From Planctomycetota bacterium (GTDB taxonomy: Bacteria > Planctomycetota > GCA-002687715 > CAIWVZ01), in NCBI GenBank assembly GCA_044222185.1, contig JBGANV010000010.1, positions 96,001-160,000 on the forward strand: a DNA stretch of 64,000 bases, in the 5' to 3' direction. The position numbers and the translations under genes were made by a program. This document shows, piece after piece, positions 34,440-43,904 of this stretch (position 1 is the first letter of the stretch; each line of letters begins with the position of its first letter). Under the pieces are notes generated by a model. That model was given only the letters and a program-made list of their open reading frames with translations. It was not told the origin of the DNA and did not search any database.

Positions 34440-37139
34440 TCACTGCTGCAGTACGCGCTCGAAACGCGTGCGGAGCGGGGAGCTGCGCTCCGGGATCGTC
34501 TGCAGTCCCACGATTGCGGCGCGGCGCATCACATCGGTCCTGCCCGCGATTTCTGCGGCATTGATGAGGGTTGCGATTCTTCCCGGGTCGCGAAATCGCG
34601 CCGCATCGAACGCGCAGACGAGGTTGTCGAGCGCCCGACGGAGGTCCGATCTCGTCGCCGCGAGCGGATCGTGACAAATGAGAGGTATCACGAACGCGCT
34701 GCGCGAACCGTCAGCGTCACGGTCGAGAGGGTCGTCGAGACTCGTCCGGATTCCGCCGGTGGCAGCTTCATGCGCCCAATCGGGCCGAAGCCTCGCGAGG
34801 AGGGCGAAGACGTCCTGCTCCGTCTCGCTTGGCGCTCCGCGCAAGGTCGGCGGGCTCGAGTCGACGAGCGCCAGCCCTTTGCTCCGAAGTTCCTGGGCGC
34901 ACGTTCCGTCGCGGCGCAATTCAGCAACTGCCGCGAGTTGGAAAAGAAGGCGAATCGCGCGTGAGCGGATTGGCTCGTTCGGTTCCGCCCGCACGGCCCT
35001 CTCGTACATAGCGTCCAGACTGCGAAGTACGCGGCGCTCGAGGTCGCCCGGAGCGTCCGCGGCACCGGCCACTCCCGAGGGTCGCGACGTTGCCGCAAGC
35101 CGCACACGGCTCCGCTCGAGGGAAATTGCGTGTTCGAGGTTGTCTGGTCGGTCGGGCTCGCGACCCAGGAGCTCCGTGAGTAGGGGACCAGCCTCCGCGA
35201 TCAGCTTGCGATCGAGCGCGTCGTCCAGCGTTGCCTCTGCGAGGAGCGCGAGGTGATGGCGCGCGAGGTACCTGGCTCGAAGCCCTGAGATCCGACCGGG
35301 CTCGAGTTTCCCGAGTCTGTCCGCCGTGACGCGCATACGGTCGAACAGCCTCTCGGCCTCCTTCCAGTTGCCGTGGATCCGAAGTTCGAGCGTTGCGCAC
35401 CGCTCGTAACTCCACGCGAGATCATCGAGAGCTCGTGCCGTCGGACGTCGCGCGGCCTCGGCTTCGTTTCGACGTAGGACATCGAGGAACAGTGCCTCGC
35501 ACCTGGCTTCGTCACCGCGGTCCCGCGCCACTTCGCCGCGCTTCACCAAGAGCACTGCCGCATCGAGCACATCCTCTTGCGGGGCGTCGGGTCGGGCGGC
35601 AAGTCGGTCGTAGTAAGCCGCGGATTCCCGATAGGCGGTCTCTGCGCCGATCGTCTCCGAAGCTTCCTGCAGACACTCACCCCGGAGGAGGATGGCGGCT
35701 GCGAGTATCCGAATGACGGACCGTTCCTCGGGCGGTGGATCGCGGAACAGAGCAAGCAGCGGCTCGATTCCCTTCAACATTCGCAGCTGTGCCGCGACCG
35801 TTAGTCCAGCATCACGTGCCGCTGCGACCTCACGGATGTAGCCTGGCAGAGCGCTGTAAGCCGTCTCGGCACACATCGCGCTCTGGAGGCGTTCCTCGTT
35901 CCTCTGTCGTTGGAGGTCAAGGATGATGAAGCTCGCCGCAACTGAGATGGCGAACACGGTGAGCATGGCCGCCGCTACCACAGGTCGACGTTGGATCTCG
36001 CGGCGCAAGAGATCCTTGATGCCGGGGCCGCGCACCGAGACCGGTCGCCGTTCGCGAAACCGTCGCAAGTCGTCCGCAAGCTGCGCACAGGTCCGGTAGC
36101 GCCGGTCCGGATTCCGTTCGAGCGCGTGGTTGACGACAGCCTCGAGGTCCGGCGAGATGGTCGGTCGGAGCTCAGCCAGGCGCCGTGTCCTCTGCATCCT
36201 GACGGCATCCACCAGGTCGAACAGTCCGCCATCTTTGAGCCGGTAGGGTGTCGTGCCGGTGAGCAGCTCGAACAGAACGACGCCGAGCGCGTACACGTCG
36301 GCCCGTTCATCGACGCGTCGCCCGCCAATCTGCTCGGGTGCGGCATACGCGACTGTTCCGACGAATGCACTTCCCGCTGACGTTTGGATGAAATCGAGTA
36401 TCGATGGATCGACGGCGGCGGATCCGAAATCGATGATCTTCACCCGTCCTTCGGGATCCACGAGCATGTTCGCGGGTTTGAGGTCTCGATGGATCACGCC
36501 CCTGCCGTGCGCGTAACCAAGCGCGGTGCAGGCCTGCTCGATCAGCAGCACCCGAGCCGCGTCGTCGAGGCCGCGCTCCGTAGCATGCTCGGTGAGAGGC
36601 CGCCCGTTCACGAGTTCCACAGCCACGAAGGAACGGGAAGTTCCCTGGTCGGCTGGACCCTCGTCGAGATAAGCAGCGATGCCGGGGTGCTGCAGCTCTC
36701 GAAGAAGCGCGATCTCACGCTCGAATTTTCGCTGCTGGCGAGGATCGAGCCGGCTGCGTCGCAGGATCTTCATCGCAACGCGCCCGCCAGGTCCCATGGC
36801 TTCGAACACGACCCCGCTGGCACCTTCGCCGAGGCGTCGGACGAGCACATAGGCGCCCACGCGCGTGCCCGGCATGTAGCCGTACGTGGACCCGTCGCTC
36901 GGCGCGGCTTCGTCGCCGCGCAGAAACGCGTCGAACGGTTGCGGCGTGGCGTTCGCTTCGTGGATATCCCGCAGGAGGCGTTCCGTCTCGCACCGGAGCG
37001 ATTGGTCTGCGCCGCAACAGTCGTCGAGCAGCTCCGACCGGTCCTCGGCGCGTACGTGAAGGGCTGCGCGTGCCAAGAGTTCGGCCTCGCGTCGGAGTGT
37101 GTTCTCGTCGTTCACTGGTGAAGGTGTTGGCGCAGCCAT
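34440..37139 (-). CDS. Membrane Hanks-type Ser/Thr protein kinase with C-terminal TPR-like region
   Basis: LGEGASGVV, VAMK, HRDLKPAN, DFG, APEQ, DVYALG, then a TM segment (VVAAAMLTVFAISVAASFIIL) and helical repeats. Confidence 0.93.
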   Translation of the reverse strand: MAAPTPSPVNDENTLRREAELLARAALHVRAEDRSELLDDCCGADQSLRCETERLLRDIHEANATPQPFDAFLRGDEAAPSDGSTYGYMPGTRVGAYVLVRRLGEGASGVVFEAMGPGGRVAMKILRRSRLDPRQQRKFEREIALLRELQHPGIAAYLDEGPADQGTSRSFVAVELVNGRPLTEHATERGLDDAARVLLIEQACTALGYAHGRGVIHRDLKPANMLVDPEGRVKIIDFGSAAVDPSILDFIQTSAGSAFVGTVAYAAPEQIGGRRVDERADVYALGVVLFELLTGTTPYRLKDGGLFDLVDAVRMQRTRRLAELRPTISPDLEAVVNHALERNPDRRYRTCAQLADDLRRFRERRPVSVRGPGIKDLLRREIQRRPVVAAAMLTVFAISVAASFIILDLQRQRNEERLQSAMCAETAYSALPGYIREVAAARDAGLTVAAQLRMLKGIEPLLALFRDPPPEERSVIRILAAAILLRGECLQEASETIGAETAYRESAAYYDRLAARPDAPQEDVLDAAVLLVKRGEVARDRGDEARCEALFLDVLRRNEAEAARRPTARALDDLAWSYERCATLELRIHGNWKEAERLFDRMRVTADRLGKLEPGRISGLRARYLARHHLALLAEATLDDALDRKLIAEAGPLLTELLGREPDRPDNLEHAISLERSRVRLAATSRPSGVAGAADAPGDLERRVLRSLDAMYERAVRAEPNEPIRSRAIRLLFQLAAVAELRRDGTCAQELRSKGLALVDSSPPTLRGAPSETEQDVFALLARLRPDWAHEAATGGIRTSLDDPLDRDADGSRSAFVIPLICHDPLAATRSDLRRALDNLVCAFDAARFRDPGRIATLINAAEIAGRTDVMRRAAIVGLQTIPERSSPLRTRFERVLQQ

Positions 37140-37657
37140 CCCCGTACGAATCGAATCCGGCGCTCGGCTGTCGCCAGCGAGATCCTGAACACTTGCGCCA
37201 CCTCGGCAACCGTCAAGCCAAGAAAAAAGCGCAGAACGAAAGCGCGCGCGGCCGGCTCGGTCTTCGGGTCGGCCGCGAGTTTGTCGAGGAGCTCATGGAG
37301 ATCGAGTATCTCCGCTCCTTCGACGGCTGGACCATGCGCAATTGGCTCCGCGTCTTCTGAAGTCCTCGACGCCCTCCGCCGGAGCGCCGTCCGTCGCCGC
37401 ACGTGATCGACGACGGCGCAGCGTACCGCCTGGCCAATCAGCGCAATGGCGTGCTCCGGGTCAGGAGGCTCGGGCACTCCGCCCCGCATGAGACGAATGA
37501 GCGCGTTGTGCACCACATCGTCCGTCTGAAGCGAGAACCCGGGAGGGGTGCCCCGGAGCGCCGCGCGAGCGAGGCGCCGGGCCTCCTCGCGGACCTGCCC
37601 GAGCCAGCCGCCGCCCGACAGCCGTGCTCCTGATCTCGCGTGTAACGACTTCGCCAT
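37112..37657 (-). CDS. ECF sigma factor, kinase-associated (TIGR02999/ECF43-like)
   Basis: SLQTDDVVHNALIRL, VVDHVRRR and LRFFLGLTVAEVAQ...ATAERRIRFVRGWL resemble the family patterns LQxTALVHEAYLRL and ELRFFGGLT. Overlaps the kinase start. Start codon approximate. Confidence 0.85.
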   Translation of the reverse strand: MAKSLHARSGARLSGGGWLGQVREEARRLARAALRGTPPGFSLQTDDVVHNALIRLMRGGVPEPPDPEHAIALIGQAVRCAVVDHVRRRTALRRRASRTSEDAEPIAHGPAVEGAEILDLHELLDKLAADPKTEPAARAFVLRFFLGLTVAEVAQVFRISLATAERRIRFVRGWLRQHLHQ

Positions 37658-37839
37658 TCGGCCCACACTATATTCGAGTCGAGTGCGCCCCTGCGGAATG
37701 ACAACGCGGGTGAAATGCAGGCGCGGCAGCGGAATCACCGTTACGGCCCTCACACACCGAAGAGTAGGGCCGGCGCCACTTGCCTCGTGGGATTCTCGGG
37801 CTCGGCGTGGCGCCGCTGCCCGCCTCGATGCAAATCCAA

Positions 37840-38805
37840 TCAGAACGGCTTCCCACCATTGGTCGGGAACACATAGATCCCCTCGTTTCGGTAGGAGACA
37901 ACGGTAGCGATGAGGGCCTCCTTGCTGGCTCCGTTCTGTTGAGTCCAACTCACCGTTCCCCAGCACTCCGCGAAGTTCGCCGTCGTCTCATCGCCGGGAA
38001 TCTGGAACTGTATTCCACCGATTGCGTGTGGGAGAACCGTCACCGTGAGGGTCTTGCCGCTGGAGTAGAACGTAGCCGGGTCGGAGAGCCCGGCGGTCGG
38101 ATACTCCGGCGCAACGCTCTCGAGCGCCGGCACCGCCGACGTCGTGAGCAGTGAACCGTCGCGGCCAAAGAGCGAGACGGTCACCGAAAGCGGCTGGTCC
38201 GTGATATTCGTGAGGTATAGGAAGCTCTGGACGCCGTAGTTCCACGCGCTCGCCACGTGAGGGAGAATCGCGGAGCCTTGAGCGGCCGTAGTCTCGATCT
38301 TTACGGTGTCGGCGCGAAGCACTCCGACCCCGCTCGGAGCGTTCGCGACGGTGACGACGAGGTTGCCGCCCGTCGCGTCGACCCATCCCAAGGAGACATA
38401 CGCCCCTCCAACATTTGCCTGTGCGCGAAGCGCCGTCCCAACGAGGACGCCGCCGCATTCGATGAGGTAGAGCGCGTTCGTGGTGCTATTTGCGTGTGCC
38501 GGCCAGCTCGCGAACACCTCGAAGCGGCCGGACTGCGGACCAAATGAGAATGTCGCGACGGCGTCTGCACTCTGAGAGAACTTCGAATCGCCAACGACCC
38601 CGGCCAGGCCGCTTACGCTCCAACTGCCGCGGGGTTCGGCGTACCCTGACGTTCCATTGTCGACGACGACAGCGGTCAGGGCGGTGGCAGCGGCAACGGG
38701 CGCAACACCGGACGACGGGCCGGCGGAGGCGAGCGGCGCGACGTCGATCGTGGACCACGTGAGGAACGGAACGGCGAGCGCGGCAGAGAGTGCGAGACGC
38801 AGCAT
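37840..38805 (-). CDS. Secreted protein with a golvesin/xanthan-lyase-CBM-like domain and an unknown C-terminal domain
   Basis: Signal peptide, GGAG RBS, and the pattern VVVDN...GSW...G.FEVFASWPAHANSTTNALY...YVSLG...ADTVK. Confidence 0.65.
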   Translation of the reverse strand: MLRLALSAALAVPFLTWSTIDVAPLASAGPSSGVAPVAAATALTAVVVDNGTSGYAEPRGSWSVSGLAGVVGDSKFSQSADAVATFSFGPQSGRFEVFASWPAHANSTTNALYLIECGGVLVGTALRAQANVGGAYVSLGWVDATGGNLVVTVANAPSGVGVLRADTVKIETTAAQGSAILPHVASAWNYGVQSFLYLTNITDQPLSVTVSLFGRDGSLLTTSAVPALESVAPEYPTAGLSDPATFYSSGKTLTVTVLPHAIGGIQFQIPGDETTANFAECWGTVSWTQQNGASKEALIATVVSYRNEGIYVFPTNGGKPF

Positions 38806-39023
38806 GAGATTCTCCCAATATGGAGCAACGGCAGGTGATTGTCCGCCATGAAGCTCGTAATCGGGTCCGCTTGCCCATCACCAGGTTTCCAGAATTCTGC
38901 GATGGCCCCCGCCGCGGCGCGACCCCGCCCCAGACAGTGCGGTGCGCAAGGGCCCGTCGAGAACCTCACGAAGCGTCGCGTGACCTCGTCCACGGAAGGC
39001 GTGACCGAAGTGGGGAGACGAGG

Positions 39024-40250
39024 ATGTCGATGGGTCGCATCGGGTAAGGCGAAGGTGAGCTGATCGGGGCGACGAGATCGACCCGGACGCCGACCCAATC
39101 GCTCTCCGGCGGGCTGAACGTGTTCCTGCCTCTCACGACTTCGACGCGAACATCGAGGGGCTTGGCACGAGGGCCTACGCTCACTGCAGCAATCGCCCTA
39201 CGCTGCCGCTGGGCCACCCTTTCAGATGGTGTGGACGGCTACTTCGCGTCGATCGGCGCCGAACGTCGATTTGTCCGGCGTTTGGACGACACGATGGCTC
39301 TCGATGCATTCCTCGGGCACGGCGTCAGGGATCCTGCTCCCGACCGCAGCTCGCTCTCGACCGTGCGGCGTCAGCCTCGCGTCGAATTGCTCAACGCCAT
39401 GAGCAGCCTCGTGCTCGACATCCCGGAGAAAGCCGGGCTCTTGAAGTGCTGCGCGCGGGCACTCGGGCATCGACGAAGGGCGCGAATGCGGCGATGAAGG
39501 CGGTCATGCGCCAGGACACCAACGAGAGCCAATTCGGCGACGCGGAATGCCTCGCGAGGGAAGCCCGCGGCGCGGCCCAACTCGGGAAACGCCGGCGCAG
39601 TTCGACCGCAAGGGCACGGGACCGCTCGACCTCGAAGAAAGTCCGGAAAACACCGACGGAACCGATCGCTCGGCTCAGCCACGGGAGCGGCGGGGGAACG
39701 CGCGTCTCATACCAGCCCGAGCCTGCGGTTGACGTCGAGACAGGGGCGATCGTCGCGGCCACCATCGATTTCGCGGACCGGTGCGATGCCGCGACGTCGG
39801 CGACGACGGTGATGGCTCTGATGGGCACGCCCGAGGAAACGGGATTGCCCTGCAGGGAATTCACGGCGATCGCAGACAAGCGCTACGGCGCGGAGACCTC
39901 GTGATCCCTGGTTGTGCGACTATCGGGATTAAGGCCGGCATCGCGGCGCCCGCCGTTCACGGTGAACGGGGGTCGCAAGCGAAACCAGCAATTGCGCACG
40001 GATGCGGAAAGCGAAACGGTCGCCGCCTACGAGGTGGATGAGTGGGACGGCGCCGAAGGGGGCGGGGCGCGACGGTGGAGCAGCCGTTCGCGCGCCTGCT
40101 CGACACAGACGCCAATCGCCGCGCGTAGATCCCATCGCGCGAGGCCAAAGGGGCGAGGAGTCTGCGGAACGTGAGCGGTTTCAAGCATGGCTTGGCGATG
40201 CGGACATCGTGCGGGTTCGGAGCTCCGACACGCCCCTCCGAAGCCCACCG
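39024..40250 (+). pseudogene. Heavily decayed IS1182-family DDE transposase
   Basis: Fragments in several frames match the family in the expected order: MSMG, FDANIEGL, RPTLP.G, GYF, PDRSSLS..RR, ANAAMK..RQDT, AVDVETGAIVA, ADKRY, VEQPFA, GF..GL.MR. Multiple stops and frameshifts. Ends approximate. Confidence 0.75.
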
Positions 40251-40457
40251 GTCGCGCGTGTCCCTGCTCAGCCTCACCGTGCGCAGGTTCCCGCGCTTGC
40301 TCTTGAAGGAGGCGCACGCGGAGCTCATCTCGAATCGCGCGCGCTCGACCGAGCAGATGGTGGTGCTTGGTGCTCAAGACGCGCGCAACGCCGAGCGGAA
40401 CTGCGGACCGTTCCGCCGGGGGTTAGCGGTCGGTTCGTCGCACCCGCGTGCGGCCCT

Positions 40458-41501
40458 TCAGAACCCGACGAGGAGAACGAGCGAGTTCGTAAGGCGGACG
40501 TTGAGGCCCGGAACGCCTGACGGGACTCCGGCGGGATCCACGATCACGCACTGCACCGCAATGGAGGTGCCCGCGAACGATGGAACCGGTGGGATCGGCA
40601 CCTGGAACGTCGGCGAACCCGTGGCCCAGATCGCCGTCGCGAGCGGCTCTGCGCCACTCGCCCCCAACGTCCCGAGCGACAAAGGGTCGAGCCAATGGCT
40701 GCACGGGCTCGTCGCTCCGAGCGGCGCACCGCCCAGGTTCGATCCGATGGACCAGAACAGCAGGGCCTGGGCGTTCAGGGGGACGGTGGCGCCAGTGCTG
40801 ATGCCGAGGGTCAGGGGCACTCCCAGCAGAGGGCGCCCGCCGGTCGCCGCGAACGGATCCGTGAACGTGAACAGGAGCGGCTGCCACGGCGTTGCGCCGC
40901 CGCACGAGGGGCCGCCCGTTCGAAGCTCCGCCAGTCGTGGTGCGCACGCGGTCCCGTTGAACGAGAACTTGAACCCACCGGTGCCGGGACTCAGTGGGTT
41001 GGGCGAGCCTCCCGTGTAGGGAAGCTGGGTGCTTCCCGACTGCTGCGAGAGCAGGACGCTCGCAGCCACGACGGGCCCGAACGTGGCGTTGAGGTTCGTG
41101 GAGGTCGGCGCGGCTGAGAGCGCGAGGACGTAGGTCGTGCCCGCGACGATCGACACGGGAGGCGTGAGGGTCTTCACCTGCCACCCGTAGCCTGAGGAGT
41201 AGGGACCGCCCGGCGCGCTCGAGAGGGGCGGCACGACCGGGAATCCCGTCAACGGGTTGATCGCGTGCACGGCGACAGCGGTGGACGCGTTCCAACCCGT
41301 GCTCTCGAACACCGAGATCTGATCGACGGTCGCGGTCACCGGGGCCGTGAACCGAATCCGAAGCGGGCTCGCGACCGGGATCAGAAGCTCCCAATCGAAC
41401 GTGTCAGCGGAGCTGTTGAAGCCGAAGCACTGAGCTGGCGGTGTTTGCGCGACTGCGCACGATCCGCAGAGCAGGAGGGCGATGAGCACGCGGCGCGACA
41501 T
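40458..41501 (-). CDS. Secreted Gly/Pro/Thr-rich beta-sheet protein, hypothetical
   Basis: GGAGGT RBS, signal peptide MSRRVLIALLLCGSCAVA-Q, C-terminus VPIPPVPSFAG...QCVIVDP...LTNSLVLLVGF. Confidence 0.75.
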   Translation of the reverse strand: MSRRVLIALLLCGSCAVAQTPPAQCFGFNSSADTFDWELLIPVASPLRIRFTAPVTATVDQISVFESTGWNASTAVAVHAINPLTGFPVVPPLSSAPGGPYSSGYGWQVKTLTPPVSIVAGTTYVLALSAAPTSTNLNATFGPVVAASVLLSQQSGSTQLPYTGGSPNPLSPGTGGFKFSFNGTACAPRLAELRTGGPSCGGATPWQPLLFTFTDPFAATGGRPLLGVPLTLGISTGATVPLNAQALLFWSIGSNLGGAPLGATSPCSHWLDPLSLGTLGASGAEPLATAIWATGSPTFQVPIPPVPSFAGTSIAVQCVIVDPAGVPSGVPGLNVRLTNSLVLLVGF

Positions 41502-41741
41502 GGACACCTCCGGAACGATGCCGTTGCTGGACATCTCGCCGGGGATCGTACCCGACCGTTTGGCCGGCCGGATGCTCCGCACGGCCGGGCCGGTCGTTAC
41601 GCCGTGGCTGGGGGCCGGAGGCGAGGAGCCACCACAGGCGCCGAGACGTCGACCCTGCGCCGACGGGCGTCCTGTGACCCGCGCTTGGGAAGCCCGGCTA
41701 CGATGGCGCGCGGCGCAACCGCGCCAGCGAGACTCCCACGG

Positions 41742-42863
41742 ATGCCGCACCTGTCACGATCGCTCACGCCATCGACACCTGGACGGAATGCGTCGACGGT
41801 GGTTCGTCTCATCGCCACCTGCTGTGTCGCGTCTCTCGTTTCGACGTGTGCGGCTGACAGCGCGCCTGTCGTGACGTTCGATGGCGTCCCTGACATCGAT
41901 GCGAGCTGTTGGGTCGTGTTTCAGGACAGGAGCGACCACTACTGGTTCGGCAGCGACGGGCGCGGCCTCTTCCGTTACGACGGAAAGGCCCTGACGCACT
42001 TCACGACCGCAGACGGCCTGTGCAACGACCACGTTCGCGGGATCCAGCAACACGCATCGGGTGACTTGTTGATCACCACGTTGGGCGGTGTGAGCAGGTT
42101 CGACGGACGGCGGTTCGTGACGCTGCCCGTGGCCGAGATGACGAACCCGACCGACGGATGGGCGCTCGATCCCGATGACGTCTGGCTTCCGTTCCAACCG
42201 ATGCAAAAGGGGCCCTACCGCTACGACGGCAAGACGCTCTACCACCTGCGATTTCCGAAGAGCCCGCGCGAGGACGCCTACTTTGCGAGTTCGCCCAATC
42301 TCTCGTGGAGTCCCTACGAGATCTACTGCGTCTACAAGGACCGGCGGGGGTCCATGTGGTTCGGGACGGCGAATCTCGGCATCTGCCGCTACGACGGGAA
42401 GTCGCACGACTGGATGTACGAGAACCACCTGACGCAGCTCGCCGGCGACCGCATGTTCGGCATCCGCTCCATCATCGAGGATGACGACGGTGCGTTCTGG
42501 TTCTGCAACACCCGCTACCGGTTTCGGATCGGCCCACGCACCGCATCACGGCCTGGTCCCGGATCGATCGAGTACACACGCGAGACGGGCATCGACCTCG
42601 GCGGCGTGGCCGGGAGTGACCAGGAGATCTACTTCCAGTCCGTCGTCATCGGTGAGAACGGTCACCTTTGGATGGCGACGTTCGGTTTCGGCGTCTGGGA
42701 GTTCGACGGAAAGAAGCTCACGCACCATCGGATCGAAGAAGACGGCAAGACCGTGCAGATCGTCTCGATCTCCAAGGACAATCACGGCGAGCTCTGGCTC
42801 GGAACGCACGCCCACGGCGCCTACCGGTTCGATGGCGCCACGTTCAGGAAATTCAGACCTTGA
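41742..42863 (+). CDS. Secreted beta-propeller protein with two-component-regulator-propeller (Reg_prop)-like repeats
   Basis: Repeated [QK]Dxx[DG]xxWFG...G.xRYDG units. No kinase domain. Start uncertain (41742 or 41799). Confidence 0.8.
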   Translation: MPHLSRSLTPSTPGRNASTVVRLIATCCVASLVSTCAADSAPVVTFDGVPDIDASCWVVFQDRSDHYWFGSDGRGLFRYDGKALTHFTTADGLCNDHVRGIQQHASGDLLITTLGGVSRFDGRRFVTLPVAEMTNPTDGWALDPDDVWLPFQPMQKGPYRYDGKTLYHLRFPKSPREDAYFASSPNLSWSPYEIYCVYKDRRGSMWFGTANLGICRYDGKSHDWMYENHLTQLAGDRMFGIRSIIEDDDGAFWFCNTRYRFRIGPRTASRPGPGSIEYTRETGIDLGGVAGSDQEIYFQSVVIGENGHLWMATFGFGVWEFDGKKLTHHRIEEDGKTVQIVSISKDNHGELWLGTHAHGAYRFDGATFRKFRP

Positions 42864-42983
42864 GCGTGCCGGCATGTTGCGGGGCGTCGTTCGCGGCGCC
42901 CTCGAGCGCGTCGGATGCAGAGCGCCAGTGCACGGTGTCGGAGGTCATTCCCGGTTCGATACGGGGATCGTGACGTCCACCGC

Positions 42984-43196
42984 ATGCACGTCGAACTGGT
43001 GCGTGATCGAGCCTCCGAGTTTCCAGATCTCCCGGCGCCGGATGCCGCTCGCAGCCTGAGCGTGTAACAGGTGCCCGTGATCCGGTCGCTCGATCCGATC
43101 GCGAGTCTTCCGCGCCTCGAGGATCTGCAGTTGCTGGGGTTTGACCGGCCCGTCCGAGCGTCGAAGTCCGGGAATTCCTCCGACGCACCGGGTTGA
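42984..43196 (+). pseudogene. Possible remnant of a leucine-rich-repeat gene
   Basis: Manual translation MHVELVRDRASEFPDLPAPDAARSLSV*QVPVIRSLDPIASLPRLEDLQLLG... has one LRR-like unit and an internal TAA. Confidence 0.3.
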
Positions 43197-43340
43197 GGGA
43201 TGCGCGGCCGCCCGATCCCCAGTTCGATGACGGGGGGAACCCGGGAAGCGCTGCGGAGCCGAACGTCGTGAGACCGTTCCGCGTCGAGGCAAGTCCGTGG
43301 ATCGCTCGTGCGGGGCAGGCGCGCGGCGCCCGCCGCGGCG

Positions 43341-43904
43341 TCACATCCCCACGAACATCCGGTGGATCCGATCGTCGCCCGACAGCTCCGGATGAAACGT
43401 CGTCGCGAGGATCCGGCCCGATCTCACGGCGATGGGCGTGGCGTCGTGCCAGGCGAGGACTTGCACGTCCGGACCGACGCGCGCGAACTTCGGCGCGCGG
43501 ATGAACACGCAGGGAAAGGGCGGGGCGCCGAGGAGTTCGATGGGAGCCTCGGCCGTGAACGAATCCACCTGGCGGCCATAGGCGTTGCGCGACAACACGG
43601 CGTCAAGCAACGCCAGGCGGTTCGGTCGCGTGCCGTCATCGGCACCAAGCAGGATCGCTCCCGCGCAGGTGCCGAAGAGTGCCAGCGATCGCTCGCGCCC
43701 CCGGCGCGTGATCTCGCTCGTGAGGGCGAAGAGATCGAGCAAGTGGCGGATGGTCGTGGACTCGCCGCCGGGGAGGATGAGGTGCGTGAGACCCTGCAGG
43801 TCCGCCGGCCGCCGCACTTCGCGCACGGGGACGCCGAGCCGCGCCATCACTTCGACGTGCGGCTCGAACCCGCCCTGGAGCGCCAGCACTCCCGCGCTCG
43901 TCAT
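43341..43904 (-). CDS. pdxT: PLP synthase glutaminase subunit
   Basis: GVLALQG, LPGGESTT, GTCAG (catalytic Cys), RNAYGRQVDSF, FIRAP, FHPE. Confidence 0.97.
   Translation of the reverse strand: MTSAGVLALQGGFEPHVEVMARLGVPVREVRRPADLQGLTHLILPGGESTTIRHLLDLFALTSEITRRGRERSLALFGTCAGAILLGADDGTRPNRLALLDAVLSRNAYGRQVDSFTAEAPIELLGAPPFPCVFIRAPKFARVGPDVQVLAWHDATPIAVRSGRILATTFHPELSGDDRIHRMFVGM

Noticed and set aside
38951-40426. Terminal inverted repeats for the IS fossil (GGCCCGTCGAGAA near 38951 and TTCCGCCGGGGG near 40411)
   Set aside because: Only partial complementarity, so the element ends and a target duplication cannot be supported.
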